Part shown: one piece after another, positions 29,335 through 38,891 of the stretch
Position numbering within the stretch: position 1 is the first letter of the stretch
Layout of the letters: each line of letters starts with the position of its first letter
Source: Candidatus Heimdallarchaeota archaeon
GTDB lineage: Archaea > Asgardarchaeota > Heimdallarchaeia > Hodarchaeales > Hodarchaeaceae
Reading direction: 5' to 3'
NCBI GenBank assembly: GCA_048881705.1
Contig: JBHLSH010000014.1
Coordinates: 1 to 55,563 of the forward strand
DNA length: 55,563 bases
Translations under genes and position numbers: made by a program
The notes under the pieces: model-generated
Database searches by the model: none
What the model saw: the letters and a program-made list of their open reading frames with translations, nothing else
What the model was told of the DNA's origin: nothing

Positions 29335-30933
29335 TTAATTAGGTGAAGCTCCAGGGGCAAGATTAGGTAAAGCACCATTAAGATCTTCCAGAACTAGATC
29401 TGTGGTGATTTTGGCGCTTGAAACAACGCCAGGGAGGCCAGCCCCGGGATGAGTTCCAGCTCCCACTAAGTAAAGACCCTCTATATCTTCTGATCGATTA
29501 TGAGGTCTGAACCAAGCCGATTGAGTAAAAATAGGTTCAAGAGAGAATCCCGATCCTTTGGTAGCAAGGTATTCGGTGTGAAAATCTAGCGGAGTGAACA
29601 CCTTTTCGACAACCAAATTTTCCTTGAGATCAGGTAGGTAATTCTCCTCCAAAAAAGTAAAGACCTTTTCTTTGAAGGGCTCAGCTAGCTCTTCCCATTT
29701 TACACCCGAATCCAGATGAGGTACTGGAATTAGGATGTAAAAGGCTTCGTGGCCTTCTGGAGCTAAACTGGGGTCTGTTCGAGTTGGAACATGCAAATAA
29801 CTAGAAAAATCATCCGATAAAACTTTCTTCTTGAATATATCTTCAAGTAATCCTTTATAACGACTTCCTAGAAGTATTGTGTGGTGTTTCATGCCTGGAT
29901 ATTGCTTTTTGGTTCCAAAGTAGATAACAACAAGCCCCATACTATATTTTGCCTTTTTATATCGTTTATCTGAATTCTTTTTACGCCACTTGTTCTCTAT
30001 CAGTTTGGTGTATGTAAAGGCAACATCGGCATTTGAAATTACGATATTAGATGGATATTTATGCCCATCCTTGGTCGTTACTCCAGTAACTCGGCCATTT
30101 TCTACGTTAATATCTGAGATTTCAGCATTTAATATGATTTCTCCACCTAATTCGGTAAAAAGAGTCGCAAGTCCGTGAACAAGGCTTGTCGTTCCACCCT
30201 TGGCAAACCAAACCCCATATGTCTTTTCTAAATACTGGATTAAACTGTAAATTGAAGGGACAGTAAAGGGATTTCCCCCTATGAGGAGGGGATGAAATGA
30301 GAAAACACGGCGTAGTTTTTCATTTTTGATATACTTTGATACAAAATTGTAATTGGAGCGATATGATTGAAGCTTAACTAACGAAGGAGCGACCTTAAGC
30401 ATGCTTGAGAACGTTGTAAAGGGTTTAAAAGAGAGTTCTTGGAATCCTTTTTTGAATATAGGTTCAATGGCTTTCAGCATCTTTTCATACCCCTCTACGT
30501 CCTTTGGACTCATTTCCGCAATTTGAGGAATATTATCTTCGGGATGACCATAATCAAAAAAGGTTTGATCATCAAAATGAATTCGATAATACGGTGTTAC
30601 CGGTAAAAGCTCCATATAATTATTTATATCACGATTTGCCAATCGGAATAAATCTTCAAATATAAAAGGCGCCGTTATCACTGTTGGTCCAGCATCAAAG
30701 CTGAATCCGTCAATTTTATAGACTCCAGCTCTACCCCCGATTTGATCTCGTCTTTCCAGCATTTTAACCTTGAAACCAGCATTCTGCATGCGGATTCCTG
30801 CTGCTAAACCCCCGAAGCCCGAACCAATAATTATAATTTGGTTTTTGTGTTTTATAGATTTTCCATTTTCTTCCGTAATCATTGAAAATACGTCTCCGAT
30901 AGTATTCATTTCAATTTCAGGAATTTTTATCAA
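29335..30933 (-). CDS. crtI: Phytoene desaturase; true start may be ATG at 30909 or 30883
   Basis: FAD motif IIGSGFGGLAAG, FDAGPTVIT, GGNPF, and C-terminal LYLVGAGTHPGAGLPGV. Confidence 0.95.
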   Translation of the reverse strand: MIKIPEIEMNTIGDVFSMITEENGKSIKHKNQIIIIGSGFGGLAAGIRMQNAGFKVKMLERRDQIGGRAGVYKIDGFSFDAGPTVITAPFIFEDLFRLANRDINNYMELLPVTPYYRIHFDDQTFFDYGHPEDNIPQIAEMSPKDVEGYEKMLKAIEPIFKKGFQELSFKPFTTFSSMLKVAPSLVKLQSYRSNYNFVSKYIKNEKLRRVFSFHPLLIGGNPFTVPSIYSLIQYLEKTYGVWFAKGGTTSLVHGLATLFTELGGEIILNAEISDINVENGRVTGVTTKDGHKYPSNIVISNADVAFTYTKLIENKWRKKNSDKRYKKAKYSMGLVVIYFGTKKQYPGMKHHTILLGSRYKGLLEDIFKKKVLSDDFSSYLHVPTRTDPSLAPEGHEAFYILIPVPHLDSGVKWEELAEPFKEKVFTFLEENYLPDLKENLVVEKVFTPLDFHTEYLATKGSGFSLEPIFTQSAWFRPHNRSEDIEGLYLVGAGTHPGAGLPGVVSSAKITTDLVLEDLNGALPNLAPGASPN

Positions 30934-30954
30934 TTTATTTTCTATTAACCCTGA

Positions 30955-31020
30955 TTACATGGAAATTGATATATTTCATGAATTGAATTTCGCTTCATGA
31001 AGTTTATAAATCATGTGAAA
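30955..31020. promoter_or_regulatory. Divergent crtI/crtB control region with TATA box and repeated CATG sites
   Basis: CATG at 30958, 30977, 30996 (19-bp period) and 31012. TTCATGAA palindromes at 30975 and 30994. TTTATAAA at 31003-31010. Confidence 0.5.
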
Positions 31021-31064
31021 ATAAGCCCATCTCAAGAGATAAAACTCCTATAAGTGACAAAACG

Positions 31065-32009
31065 ATGTATTCAACACAAGAACAGACGAACTATGGGTTA
31101 ATTCCAGAAACTTGGAATAATGAGTTCAATCTTCTCAAGGAATCTCTTGAGGAAAGCTATAATCACTGCCTGGAGTGGATGGAAATTCATAGCAAATCCT
31201 TCTACTTCGCGTCCCGTTTTCTCCCCTCGGAGCAACGTAAGTCTGTTGCCGCGCTGTATGCATTCTGTCGTTTGACAGATGATATCGTAGATGAGACGCC
31301 GGAAGACACATCCAATGAGGCTATTAATGCGGAACTAGATAATCTCAAAGAAACTATTACACGATTGGCTCACGGATACACATCATCTGAGCCAATTTTA
31401 CAGGCCTTCGGAGATACAATTCGTAAACATCGTATTCCGATCAAATACATGCATGAATTAATAGAAGGTGTTCGTATGGATTTGATAAAGAAGGAATACA
31501 AGACGGACGAGGAACTAGACCTGTATATGTACCGCGTTGCTAGTACTGTCGGACTAATGATGACCCATATTTTTCTAGACAACCCTGCCCCTAGTACATT
31601 GGCAAGAGCATCAGATCTTGGCAAAGCCATGCAACTGACAAACATACTACGTGATATCAAGGAAGATTTCAATAAAGGACGTATTTATCTGCCCGAAGAA
31701 ACTAGAAAAATGTATAATGTCTCAAAGGCGGATCTTGAAAAGGACATAGTCACCGAGGATTTGAAACGACTAATCCGATATGAATCAGAAAGAGCAAACA
31801 GCTATTATAACCAAGCAGATCTGGGAATTGATGATTTGCCACCTGCAGCCGCTTACACGGTTAAAGTTGCCTCAAGAGTTTATGGCGAGATTCTGAATGA
31901 GATCAAGCGACAAGATTATCAGATTTTAACCCAGAGAGCTGTTGTATCAAAGGTTCGAAAACTTATGCTCGCTTCTAAAGTGAGACTAGAATACCTAGGG
32001 AAAATTTAG
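31065..32009 (+). CDS. crtB: Phytoene synthase
   Basis: SKSFYFASRFL, YAFCRLTDDIVD, YMYRVASTVG and QLTNILRDIKED...GRIYLP. Confidence 0.95.
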   Translation: MYSTQEQTNYGLIPETWNNEFNLLKESLEESYNHCLEWMEIHSKSFYFASRFLPSEQRKSVAALYAFCRLTDDIVDETPEDTSNEAINAELDNLKETITRLAHGYTSSEPILQAFGDTIRKHRIPIKYMHELIEGVRMDLIKKEYKTDEELDLYMYRVASTVGLMMTHIFLDNPAPSTLARASDLGKAMQLTNILRDIKEDFNKGRIYLPEETRKMYNVSKADLEKDIVTEDLKRLIRYESERANSYYNQADLGIDDLPPAAAYTVKVASRVYGEILNEIKRQDYQILTQRAVVSKVRKLMLASKVRLEYLGKI

Positions 32010-32052
32010 TTAAATCACATCCGATATTGAACAATAACTGCGGGAATACCTC

Positions 32053-33021
32053 ATGGCATCATCAAAAGACGTCATCCTTAATTATCTTAAGTTAAATAGA
32101 GGAAGAGAAATCCCCGTTTCAGAAATTAAAGTATCCTGTAACCTTAAACTTTCAACAATCTCTAACGCAATTAAGGAACTTCAATATCGCAATTTAATCA
32201 ATATTGAAAGACGACCACTCAAGCGGGGCAAGTACACAGTTATCACACTTGCAAGTGATATCATTGAACACCGATATGTTCATCCCAAAGAATACAATCC
32301 GCCCCCTAGAGATGATACACCCAAATCAGAAACGATCTTACAAGAAGATGTAAACCATTCCTTTCAAGAGCTTCTTGACACATATATCGCGAACCTGATC
32401 TCCGATGACTATAATATGGAGACATTCGGCCAGGAAATCGCTGATAGATACCCTGATCACTTTCAGCTGGTTACCGCATTCATTACACCATTATTAGTTG
32501 AAGTAGGGAGACGGTGGGAGGAGGGAACTCTCACTACAGCCGAAGAACATGTCATTTCGTCAAGATTGGAGAAATTTATAATCCAGTTGATTCCCCAAAA
32601 ACTGGATAAAAGCAAGGCAACAGTTCTATTGGTTACGGTTGAGGGAGAAGAGCATGTAATAGGGTTGCTGGCTTTGGAACTATTATTGCGTGAAAATGGA
32701 CATCGGGTTGTCAATTTGGGGAGAACCCTCCCAATAAAATCATTAATTCAGTATATTGAAGATCAAGCTATCAAACCTGACTGGATATGTTTTTCAGTCA
32801 CTATTGACGCATTTATTGGAACCTTGTTGCGGGAAATAAGGGAGATTAAAGCCCATTTCAAGGATAGGATAAAAATCGCGGTAGGCGGACAAGCCCTACA
32901 AAAACATAGAAATACTTTCGTTGAAGTAGATACCCTGATCACCTCAGATCATCATTTGTTTGTATTCATTCATGATATTCTTCCCGACTCAGTAAAACCT
33001 TTGATTGGGCAGAACACATGA
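32053..33021 (+). CDS. wHTH + cobalamin-binding transcriptional regulator (CarH/LitR-like sensor domain)
   Basis: W-x9-EH motif (RWEEGTLTTAEEH) and E-x-H-x-x-G (GEEHVIG) as in CarH. The N-terminal domain is a MarR/TrmB-like wHTH. Confidence 0.85.
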   Translation: MASSKDVILNYLKLNRGREIPVSEIKVSCNLKLSTISNAIKELQYRNLINIERRPLKRGKYTVITLASDIIEHRYVHPKEYNPPPRDDTPKSETILQEDVNHSFQELLDTYIANLISDDYNMETFGQEIADRYPDHFQLVTAFITPLLVEVGRRWEEGTLTTAEEHVISSRLEKFIIQLIPQKLDKSKATVLLVTVEGEEHVIGLLALELLLRENGHRVVNLGRTLPIKSLIQYIEDQAIKPDWICFSVTIDAFIGTLLREIREIKAHFKDRIKIAVGGQALQKHRNTFVEVDTLITSDHHLFVFIHDILPDSVKPLIGQNT

Positions 33022-33057
33022 AAAAACCACAGGTTACAAAATTAGGAGCAAACGCGC

Positions 33058-33828
33058 ATGTTATCAACCGAGAAAAATTCGTTATTTACAATAGGAAGCA
33101 TAGTATCATTAATTATGACTATCATTGTCAACTTTTTGGCAATTGCACTTCCATTAAATGGTAAAACGACCCAAGAACTATCTGATGGCTATCCCAATCC
33201 TTTTACGCCAGCTGGATATGTCTTTTCGATTTGGAGCATAATATATACGTTATTAATTGTTTTCGTGCTCTATCAGACTGTTAATAGAGAAAAAGTATTC
33301 GATTCAACTCTTTCAGGTCTATTTATTATCAGTAATATCTTTAATTCAGTTTGGATCTTTCTATGGCATTATGAACAGATCTTCCTCTCCTTGGTCGTAA
33401 TGATTGGACTTCTGTTAACTCTGATTGGGATCTATTGGCGATTAAAAATAGGACTGGTAGAGGTTGACTCACGAACAAAGTGGGCGGTTCACGTCCCTTT
33501 CAGTGTATATCTGGGTTGGATCTCCGTAGCCACAATAGCCAATACTACTGTATTCCTCTTATCAATAAATTGGGATGGATTCGGTGTTGGAGCTGAAATT
33601 TGGACAGGAATCGTACTATTCGTCGCGACTATTCTCGCAATGATTTTAGTTATGACCAGAAATGACGTTGCATACGGATTAGTTGCCATTTGGGCATTCA
33701 TAGGAATTATTGTCAAACAATTCACGACGAGTACTATCGTTGCTGGAACCGCAGGATTATTTACTTTGATTATTCTTTTAACTATCGTTGGTAAAAATTT
33801 CAGCAATTTCTATAATAGTCGGACTTGA
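33058..33828 (+). CDS. Tryptophan-rich sensory protein (TspO/MBR-like)
   Basis: FTPAGYVFSIWSIIY, NSVWIFLWH and FSVYLGWISVATIAN. Follows the B12 regulator by 36 nt. Confidence 0.78.
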   Translation: MLSTEKNSLFTIGSIVSLIMTIIVNFLAIALPLNGKTTQELSDGYPNPFTPAGYVFSIWSIIYTLLIVFVLYQTVNREKVFDSTLSGLFIISNIFNSVWIFLWHYEQIFLSLVVMIGLLLTLIGIYWRLKIGLVEVDSRTKWAVHVPFSVYLGWISVATIANTTVFLLSINWDGFGVGAEIWTGIVLFVATILAMILVMTRNDVAYGLVAIWAFIGIIVKQFTTSTIVAGTAGLFTLIILLTIVGKNFSNFYNSRT

Positions 33829-33857
33829 TTGAGCAACATGCTCAGTCAGATCCCTCA

Positions 33858-35222
33858 TTAGAGAGGAAACAAGGAGATTTCTTCTTCTCTTATTTGATCG
33901 GCCAATTTTACACATTCATAGATTATGAAGAATGGAATTCTGTCAGTATCGAAGGCAAGATTTCGGGGATGCTTTTTAATTACATCAAAACTCGGTTTTG
34001 GTTCAACTATATCACGAATTACAAAACCTGCTTGTTTTAAGGCCGTGACATATTCGGATAACGTTCGATCGAATTGCCATATTGGCTTTAGAGTTCCCCA
34101 GGATATTAATGTCCCCCCCGAATCAAAATATCTGTCAATCATCACATATAGCCGTTCTTCGTTCCTAGGAGTGTCCGAAGGTATACGATAAAAGAGGTTA
34201 CTAACCCGACCGAAGACTGGATGTAAATTTGACCATATAAACCTCCCCGAAGACTTTAAAATTCTTGCAATTTCTTTGAATGCCCCCTTATAATCTAGGA
34301 CATCTACAAACACAATGTTTGATACAATTAGATCAAAGCTATCATCCTCAAACATTATTAGGTCTTCTAAACTTTGGACAAAGTATTTTATCCCGAGAGA
34401 TTGCTCTTCCTCCCTTTCTTTACAATAGTCGATAAATACACGTGATTGATCGACTCCTGACACTATGGCTCCTTTTTGAGCAAGAATTCGACTCAGATAT
34501 CCGTTTCCACATCCTGCATCCAAAACTGCCAGTCCTTTGACGTCTCCTATCAGCTCCCACATAGCTGGATCAATGATGAGCTGTCTATTCAAATCCCCTT
34601 TATCTTCTTGGGTGGTCTTATCCACTAATTCTATCCATTGGTTGCTTGTTTCTTCCCACTGGTCCAGAACATCGGATTGCTTGAGCTGCTCTTGGTTTAT
34701 TAGATCAGAGTGGAATTTGGTTATTCTAAAGGGCGCTCTCAAATTTAAAGTAGAATTCGGGATCCTTAACGCATCTTCGAGTGTAATTTCCTTCCCTCTA
34801 CGTGGCTGGTTTGGAGTCCATCTTCTTTTGCTGGAAGTTTCCTTTAAAATCGCATTTGTGTACTGGTTCATCTTGTTTTGCCAGGGGTGAGTACCCTGGT
34901 ACTCAGCATAGTACAAATCATAGTGATCCTCCCCACAAAGTGAACAGTGGAAACTGTACGTATAGGTGGTACTCCAGAATTTTGTAGGTTTTAAAATAGG
35001 AGGATTACAGTCTCCGCAGGTGAGTTGCCGCTTTTTTTGACACCAATATAGCCAGCTGAAATGATGAAACTTCAAACAACTTGAACACTGGAATTGGGAA
35101 TGTAAGGGGCATCTTAGAGCTGTGTTATCCGTTGTGAACGTCCCTTCACGAGGAAAATAATTTGGTTCATAGCTGCATATCTTTTTACAGTAAAAACACG
35201 ATGATTCTTGCTGAATTTCCAT
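33858..35222 (-). CDS. Cys/His-rich Zn-finger domain fused to a class I SAM-dependent methyltransferase
   Basis: CxxC pairs in the first ~110 aa. VLDAGCGNGY and FDRTLSEYVTALKQAGF in the C-half. Confidence 0.8.
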   Translation of the reverse strand: MEIQQESSCFYCKKICSYEPNYFPREGTFTTDNTALRCPLHSQFQCSSCLKFHHFSWLYWCQKKRQLTCGDCNPPILKPTKFWSTTYTYSFHCSLCGEDHYDLYYAEYQGTHPWQNKMNQYTNAILKETSSKRRWTPNQPRRGKEITLEDALRIPNSTLNLRAPFRITKFHSDLINQEQLKQSDVLDQWEETSNQWIELVDKTTQEDKGDLNRQLIIDPAMWELIGDVKGLAVLDAGCGNGYLSRILAQKGAIVSGVDQSRVFIDYCKEREEEQSLGIKYFVQSLEDLIMFEDDSFDLIVSNIVFVDVLDYKGAFKEIARILKSSGRFIWSNLHPVFGRVSNLFYRIPSDTPRNEERLYVMIDRYFDSGGTLISWGTLKPIWQFDRTLSEYVTALKQAGFVIRDIVEPKPSFDVIKKHPRNLAFDTDRIPFFIIYECVKLADQIREEEISLFPL

Positions 35223-35752
35223 AAGTGAAAATCATCGCAGTTCTTCTAATATTCTTGCTATAGTGGTAAGTGGATTTCTTGGTTGGAATATCAGCATTGG
35301 CATAGTGGGAGAACCTCACCAAGGCATGAAGGAAAAACACCTAAAGTTCAGGCATTCGATTCGACGGTAGGGAATCGTTTCTATTATGTGCTACGATCTG
35401 CCATATACCTCTGCTATGTAGGAACGTCGCCTCAGATTGCCCAGAGCATCAAGCAACGTTTCAATAACTCCACAAAGAAATTGATGCGTGAGTAGAGGAT
35501 ACAGTAACTGGTGCCCTCAAAAACGTTAACTTAGACTTTATTTCCATCCAGAAAATTGTCCGAGTTCAGGTTGGGAGCGCCCTTTTCGCCATCCAACACC
35601 TTTCCTAAAACAGATACTGGGACTCATTAAAGGATAATAATTTTCCAACGTAAATCGGAAAATTAGAATTATAAAATGATACCCTGTTTCGTCTTTCTAG
35701 TTTTTACTATTTCTCCATTAATGCGTATTTGTTTTTAGGTGGACGAAGGTAA

Positions 35753-35995
35753 GTGAAACGCGCTTTTCAAGGGATTATCTTCTTAGTGGGTATCGTTTTA
35801 TTTTTTGATGAACTTTGGATGTTGGGGATTCCTTTAGGTCATATTCTTCCAGATATGAGTGATTTCCATATTGAAGGTCTTCATCATTGGATGTTAGGAT
35901 TATTCCTTATGATTTTAAGCGGGATAAGCGTTATCTACTCAACATTAAGTCAATTAAATGAGAAAAAATGGAATTATGAAATCGAAAGTGAGTAG
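35753..35995 (+). CDS. Small 2-TM membrane protein
   Basis: Two hydrophobic helices, an LHHWMLG motif and a GTG start. Confidence 0.55.
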   Translation: MKRAFQGIIFLVGIVLFFDELWMLGIPLGHILPDMSDFHIEGLHHWMLGLFLMILSGISVIYSTLSQLNEKKWNYEIESE

Positions 35996-36268
35996 AAAGG
36001 AGTTTTTGTCACTACGTTTTTACTTAATACCTCTCCATCAGTTCTGGTATAATTTAGTGCGGCCAATCGGTTGACTTCCCAAACTGATCTCTTTCCTAAT
36101 TGCACATCACTTGTGATGAGTACAACACCAATTTGAAAGGTTGGTTTACTGATGCTTACCCTGATATTACCATTCAAGAATTTTTGTTTATCTCCCCCTT
36201 TGGAACATTTCTTTGGTGATTTTTGGTTCGAGTTAGCATAATTTACCATTGAACGAACTATCTATATT

Positions 36269-36300
36269 GATTCCCCTCCCCTGCTTGGGGAATCTTTTTT
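36269..36300 (+). terminator. GC-rich inverted repeat plus T6
   Basis: GATTCCCC-N10-GGGGAATC followed by TTTTTT. Confidence 0.4.
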
Positions 36301-36345
36301 CCCTTTTACATCCTTTTATAATGCGTCAGCCCAATTGGCAATCAG

Positions 36346-36792
36346 ATGGCACAGCAGCTGTTACCGCCGAAGTTACTTAATCTATTTTTAGTTGTAGCAG
36401 TTGGCTTGCATTTTCTTTTCCCAATCATCCAGATAATTGACCCTCCATCCACATTATTCGGATTTATCGTGATTTCTTTAGGGATCATCCTAAATTTCTG
36501 GGCTTTCAAAGTATTGGGGAATAACAACACGACTATTGATTTCAATGGGAAAACCACTAGACTGGTGACCACTGGCCCTTTTCAGATCAGTCGTAATCCT
36601 ATGTACCTAGGTGGGGTGGTTCTTTCTCTTGGGATTGCGGTCACACTCGGTTCCTTAAGCACTTTCGTCTTTCCTTTGGCCTTATTATTGATCTTGAATA
36701 CCTATTACATCCCCTACGAAGAAATGAACTTAGAGAAAGAATTTGGGGACGAATACAGGGAATACAAACGGAGGGTGCGAAGATGGATTTAG
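36346..36792 (+). CDS. Isoprenylcysteine carboxyl methyltransferase / PEMT family protein
   Basis: LVTTGPFQISRNPMYLG, YEEMNL and YREYKRRVRRWI. Confidence 0.88.
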   Translation: MAQQLLPPKLLNLFLVVAVGLHFLFPIIQIIDPPSTLFGFIVISLGIILNFWAFKVLGNNNTTIDFNGKTTRLVTTGPFQISRNPMYLGGVVLSLGIAVTLGSLSTFVFPLALLLILNTYYIPYEEMNLEKEFGDEYREYKRRVRRWI

Positions 36793-36858
36793 GAATGCGT
36801 ACTTCCTTCTGCAACATTTGGTCAGGAAAACTCTGAATCTATAATTTGAAAAAGCCAG

Positions 36859-37671
36859 TTACGACTTTTTTTCTACTTTTTCGGTTAATGGAATCGAAGT
36901 AAGAATTCTAGTGACCCATATGACGAAGGGGATCATGATTACAAGGGCAATAAATAGGAAAATGATCCCAATGTACAAACGAGAAAAGATTACCCTAAAG
37001 ACTGCTACATAGAAATTCCCGTACTGCTCGGGCCGGATAAAATTGGGTTCGTAGTTGAACCATGGCCTGATAAACCATGCTAGTTGCGTTCCAATAAAAG
37101 CTAAGGTGCCTAAGGCAACAGCTACCGGAATTAATGATTTTAATGTCATTACTCTACCAGGTTGTCGTCCCAGAATTCGGGCCCCCTCCACCATATAGAC
37201 GATTGAAATTAAGGCACCAAAGCCATAGATGATCAGATTCAGGAGAATCATAAAAAAATACGAATCGACGTCCCTCGGCGAAGTTATCATAAAGAATAGA
37301 TTCACGGGGACAAATGCAAGGAGAACGGTGGTTGCAATTGAAAAACTGGAAAGAAATAAGGCCGAAAGTTGTAAAAAACCGCTCTGTTCGCCCACTGTTA
37401 AATTGACAACATAAAAGCTTGGAACAACTATAATTGTTGAGATTAAAAAGAGTAAAGGAACCTTAATGGCCGAAAACACTATCTGTGCTGGTTCCCATGA
37501 CCAAACACCCATGGTGACCCCATAAAGGGCACCAAAGACTGTAATTGACAACACGGCATCCCTGATCGTTGTCACCGGTCCTTTTTCCTCCCGTAATGTG
37601 GTATAAAATGCCTCTTTATCTTTTAGCATCTTCTCAAAAAGAAAAAAATTGACCATCTCAACCGTTTCCAT
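36859..37671 (-). CDS. Conserved multi-pass membrane protein of unknown function
   Basis: AIKVPLLFL, LLAFVPVNLFF and GTQLAWFIRP motifs, recalled from an uncharacterised bacterial membrane family. Confidence 0.65.
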   Translation of the reverse strand: METVEMVNFFLFEKMLKDKEAFYTTLREEKGPVTTIRDAVLSITVFGALYGVTMGVWSWEPAQIVFSAIKVPLLFLISTIIVVPSFYVVNLTVGEQSGFLQLSALFLSSFSIATTVLLAFVPVNLFFMITSPRDVDSYFFMILLNLIIYGFGALISIVYMVEGARILGRQPGRVMTLKSLIPVAVALGTLAFIGTQLAWFIRPWFNYEPNFIRPEQYGNFYVAVFRVIFSRLYIGIIFLFIALVIMIPFVIWVTRILTSIPLTEKVEKKS

Positions 37672-37987
37672 TAGAGTGTACGGATAAAGAGTCCTCTACT
37701 TGTTAGGTTTTGGATTTACCCGCCACACGACCCACCGCCGCCTTCCATGCATTTCAACTTCTTAAACCCCTCTAATGGTGAGCAATAAAAACAATACAAT
37801 AACAAACACTTGACACAGTTGCTACTACATCTCTGACTCTGTATCAGTAAATCGTTTTCTAAAAAGTAGGTACAACCAGGTTTAACTAATATACGACCTC
37901 AGATAGATAATCCCGAATTATCTATGCACGAAATCATTATCATTAAAGCGCTAGAAAGCTCTTTAGGTATGGAATCGGGTTATTTCA

Positions 37988-38671
37988 ATGCGGGAAGCCA
38001 ATTTCATTGTGACGATGATAATTCGTTTAGTTATTGCTTTTTTCCTGTTTTCATGCCTTTTATTTCTGCCCGCAGGCACATTAGAATGGCCTGAAGCATG
38101 GGCCTTTATCATAATACTTTTAATTTATGGAATAGTTCTTCATTTGTTGATTTTTAAGAATTATCCAAATGCATTAAAGTCCCGACAACGTTACAAGCCA
38201 GTTTTTGGCACTGATACCATTATCCTAATACTAGCAGGAATATGCCTATTTGCAATGTTTATCATTCTGGGACTCGATGTTGGACAATATCAATGGACTG
38301 CATTATCTGTTCCTTCTTTATTCAAGTACCTTGGATTTTCGGCCTTTGTCTGCTCATTAATCATTTATATGCTGGTGATGAAAGAAAATATCTACTTGTC
38401 ACGGGTGATTGAGATCCAAGAAAAGCAGCAGGTCATCTCGACTGGTCCCTATGCGTTTGTCCGGCATCCCATGTACTTAGGGAATGTTCTTTTTGCTATT
38501 AGTATACCTTTCGCTCTTGGTTCTTTCCTGGCCCTTGTTCCTGCCTTATTTTTCGTTATTCTTCTGGGTCCCAGGATTATATTTGAAGAAAAGATCTTAA
38601 TCGAGGAACTCAACGGTTACAGAGAATACATGCAACAGGTACGGTATCGAATAATCCCGAGGATTTGGTAA
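37988..38671 (+). CDS. Isoprenylcysteine carboxyl methyltransferase family protein (long type)
   Basis: VISTGPYAFVRHPMYLG, EEKILIEEL and YREYMQQVRYRIIPRIW. Confidence 0.9.
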   Translation: MREANFIVTMIIRLVIAFFLFSCLLFLPAGTLEWPEAWAFIIILLIYGIVLHLLIFKNYPNALKSRQRYKPVFGTDTIILILAGICLFAMFIILGLDVGQYQWTALSVPSLFKYLGFSAFVCSLIIYMLVMKENIYLSRVIEIQEKQQVISTGPYAFVRHPMYLGNVLFAISIPFALGSFLALVPALFFVILLGPRIIFEEKILIEELNGYREYMQQVRYRIIPRIW

Positions 38672-38891
38672 ACGTGAATTCCTCCCTAGAGGTACAAAGA
38701 TTGTTTACTAGTATCCTTTCCAACAATAAACTGACCACGCGGTGTGCCTGCGTCTTCTGGCCAAGATCGAACTATAGTCTGCGTTGGATCGATATTTGGA
38801 TTCCTGCAATTGAACTTTATTGTTGAACGAACCACGAAACCTTGGGTAAAATTTTTTCTATCGGTCTTCTATAACCAAATTTGGACGATCT

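Noticed and set aside
35974-36249. 91-aa minus-strand ORF with an ATG start
   Set aside because: No recognisable motif, and it overlaps the end of the small + strand membrane gene. Not supportable without a homology search.
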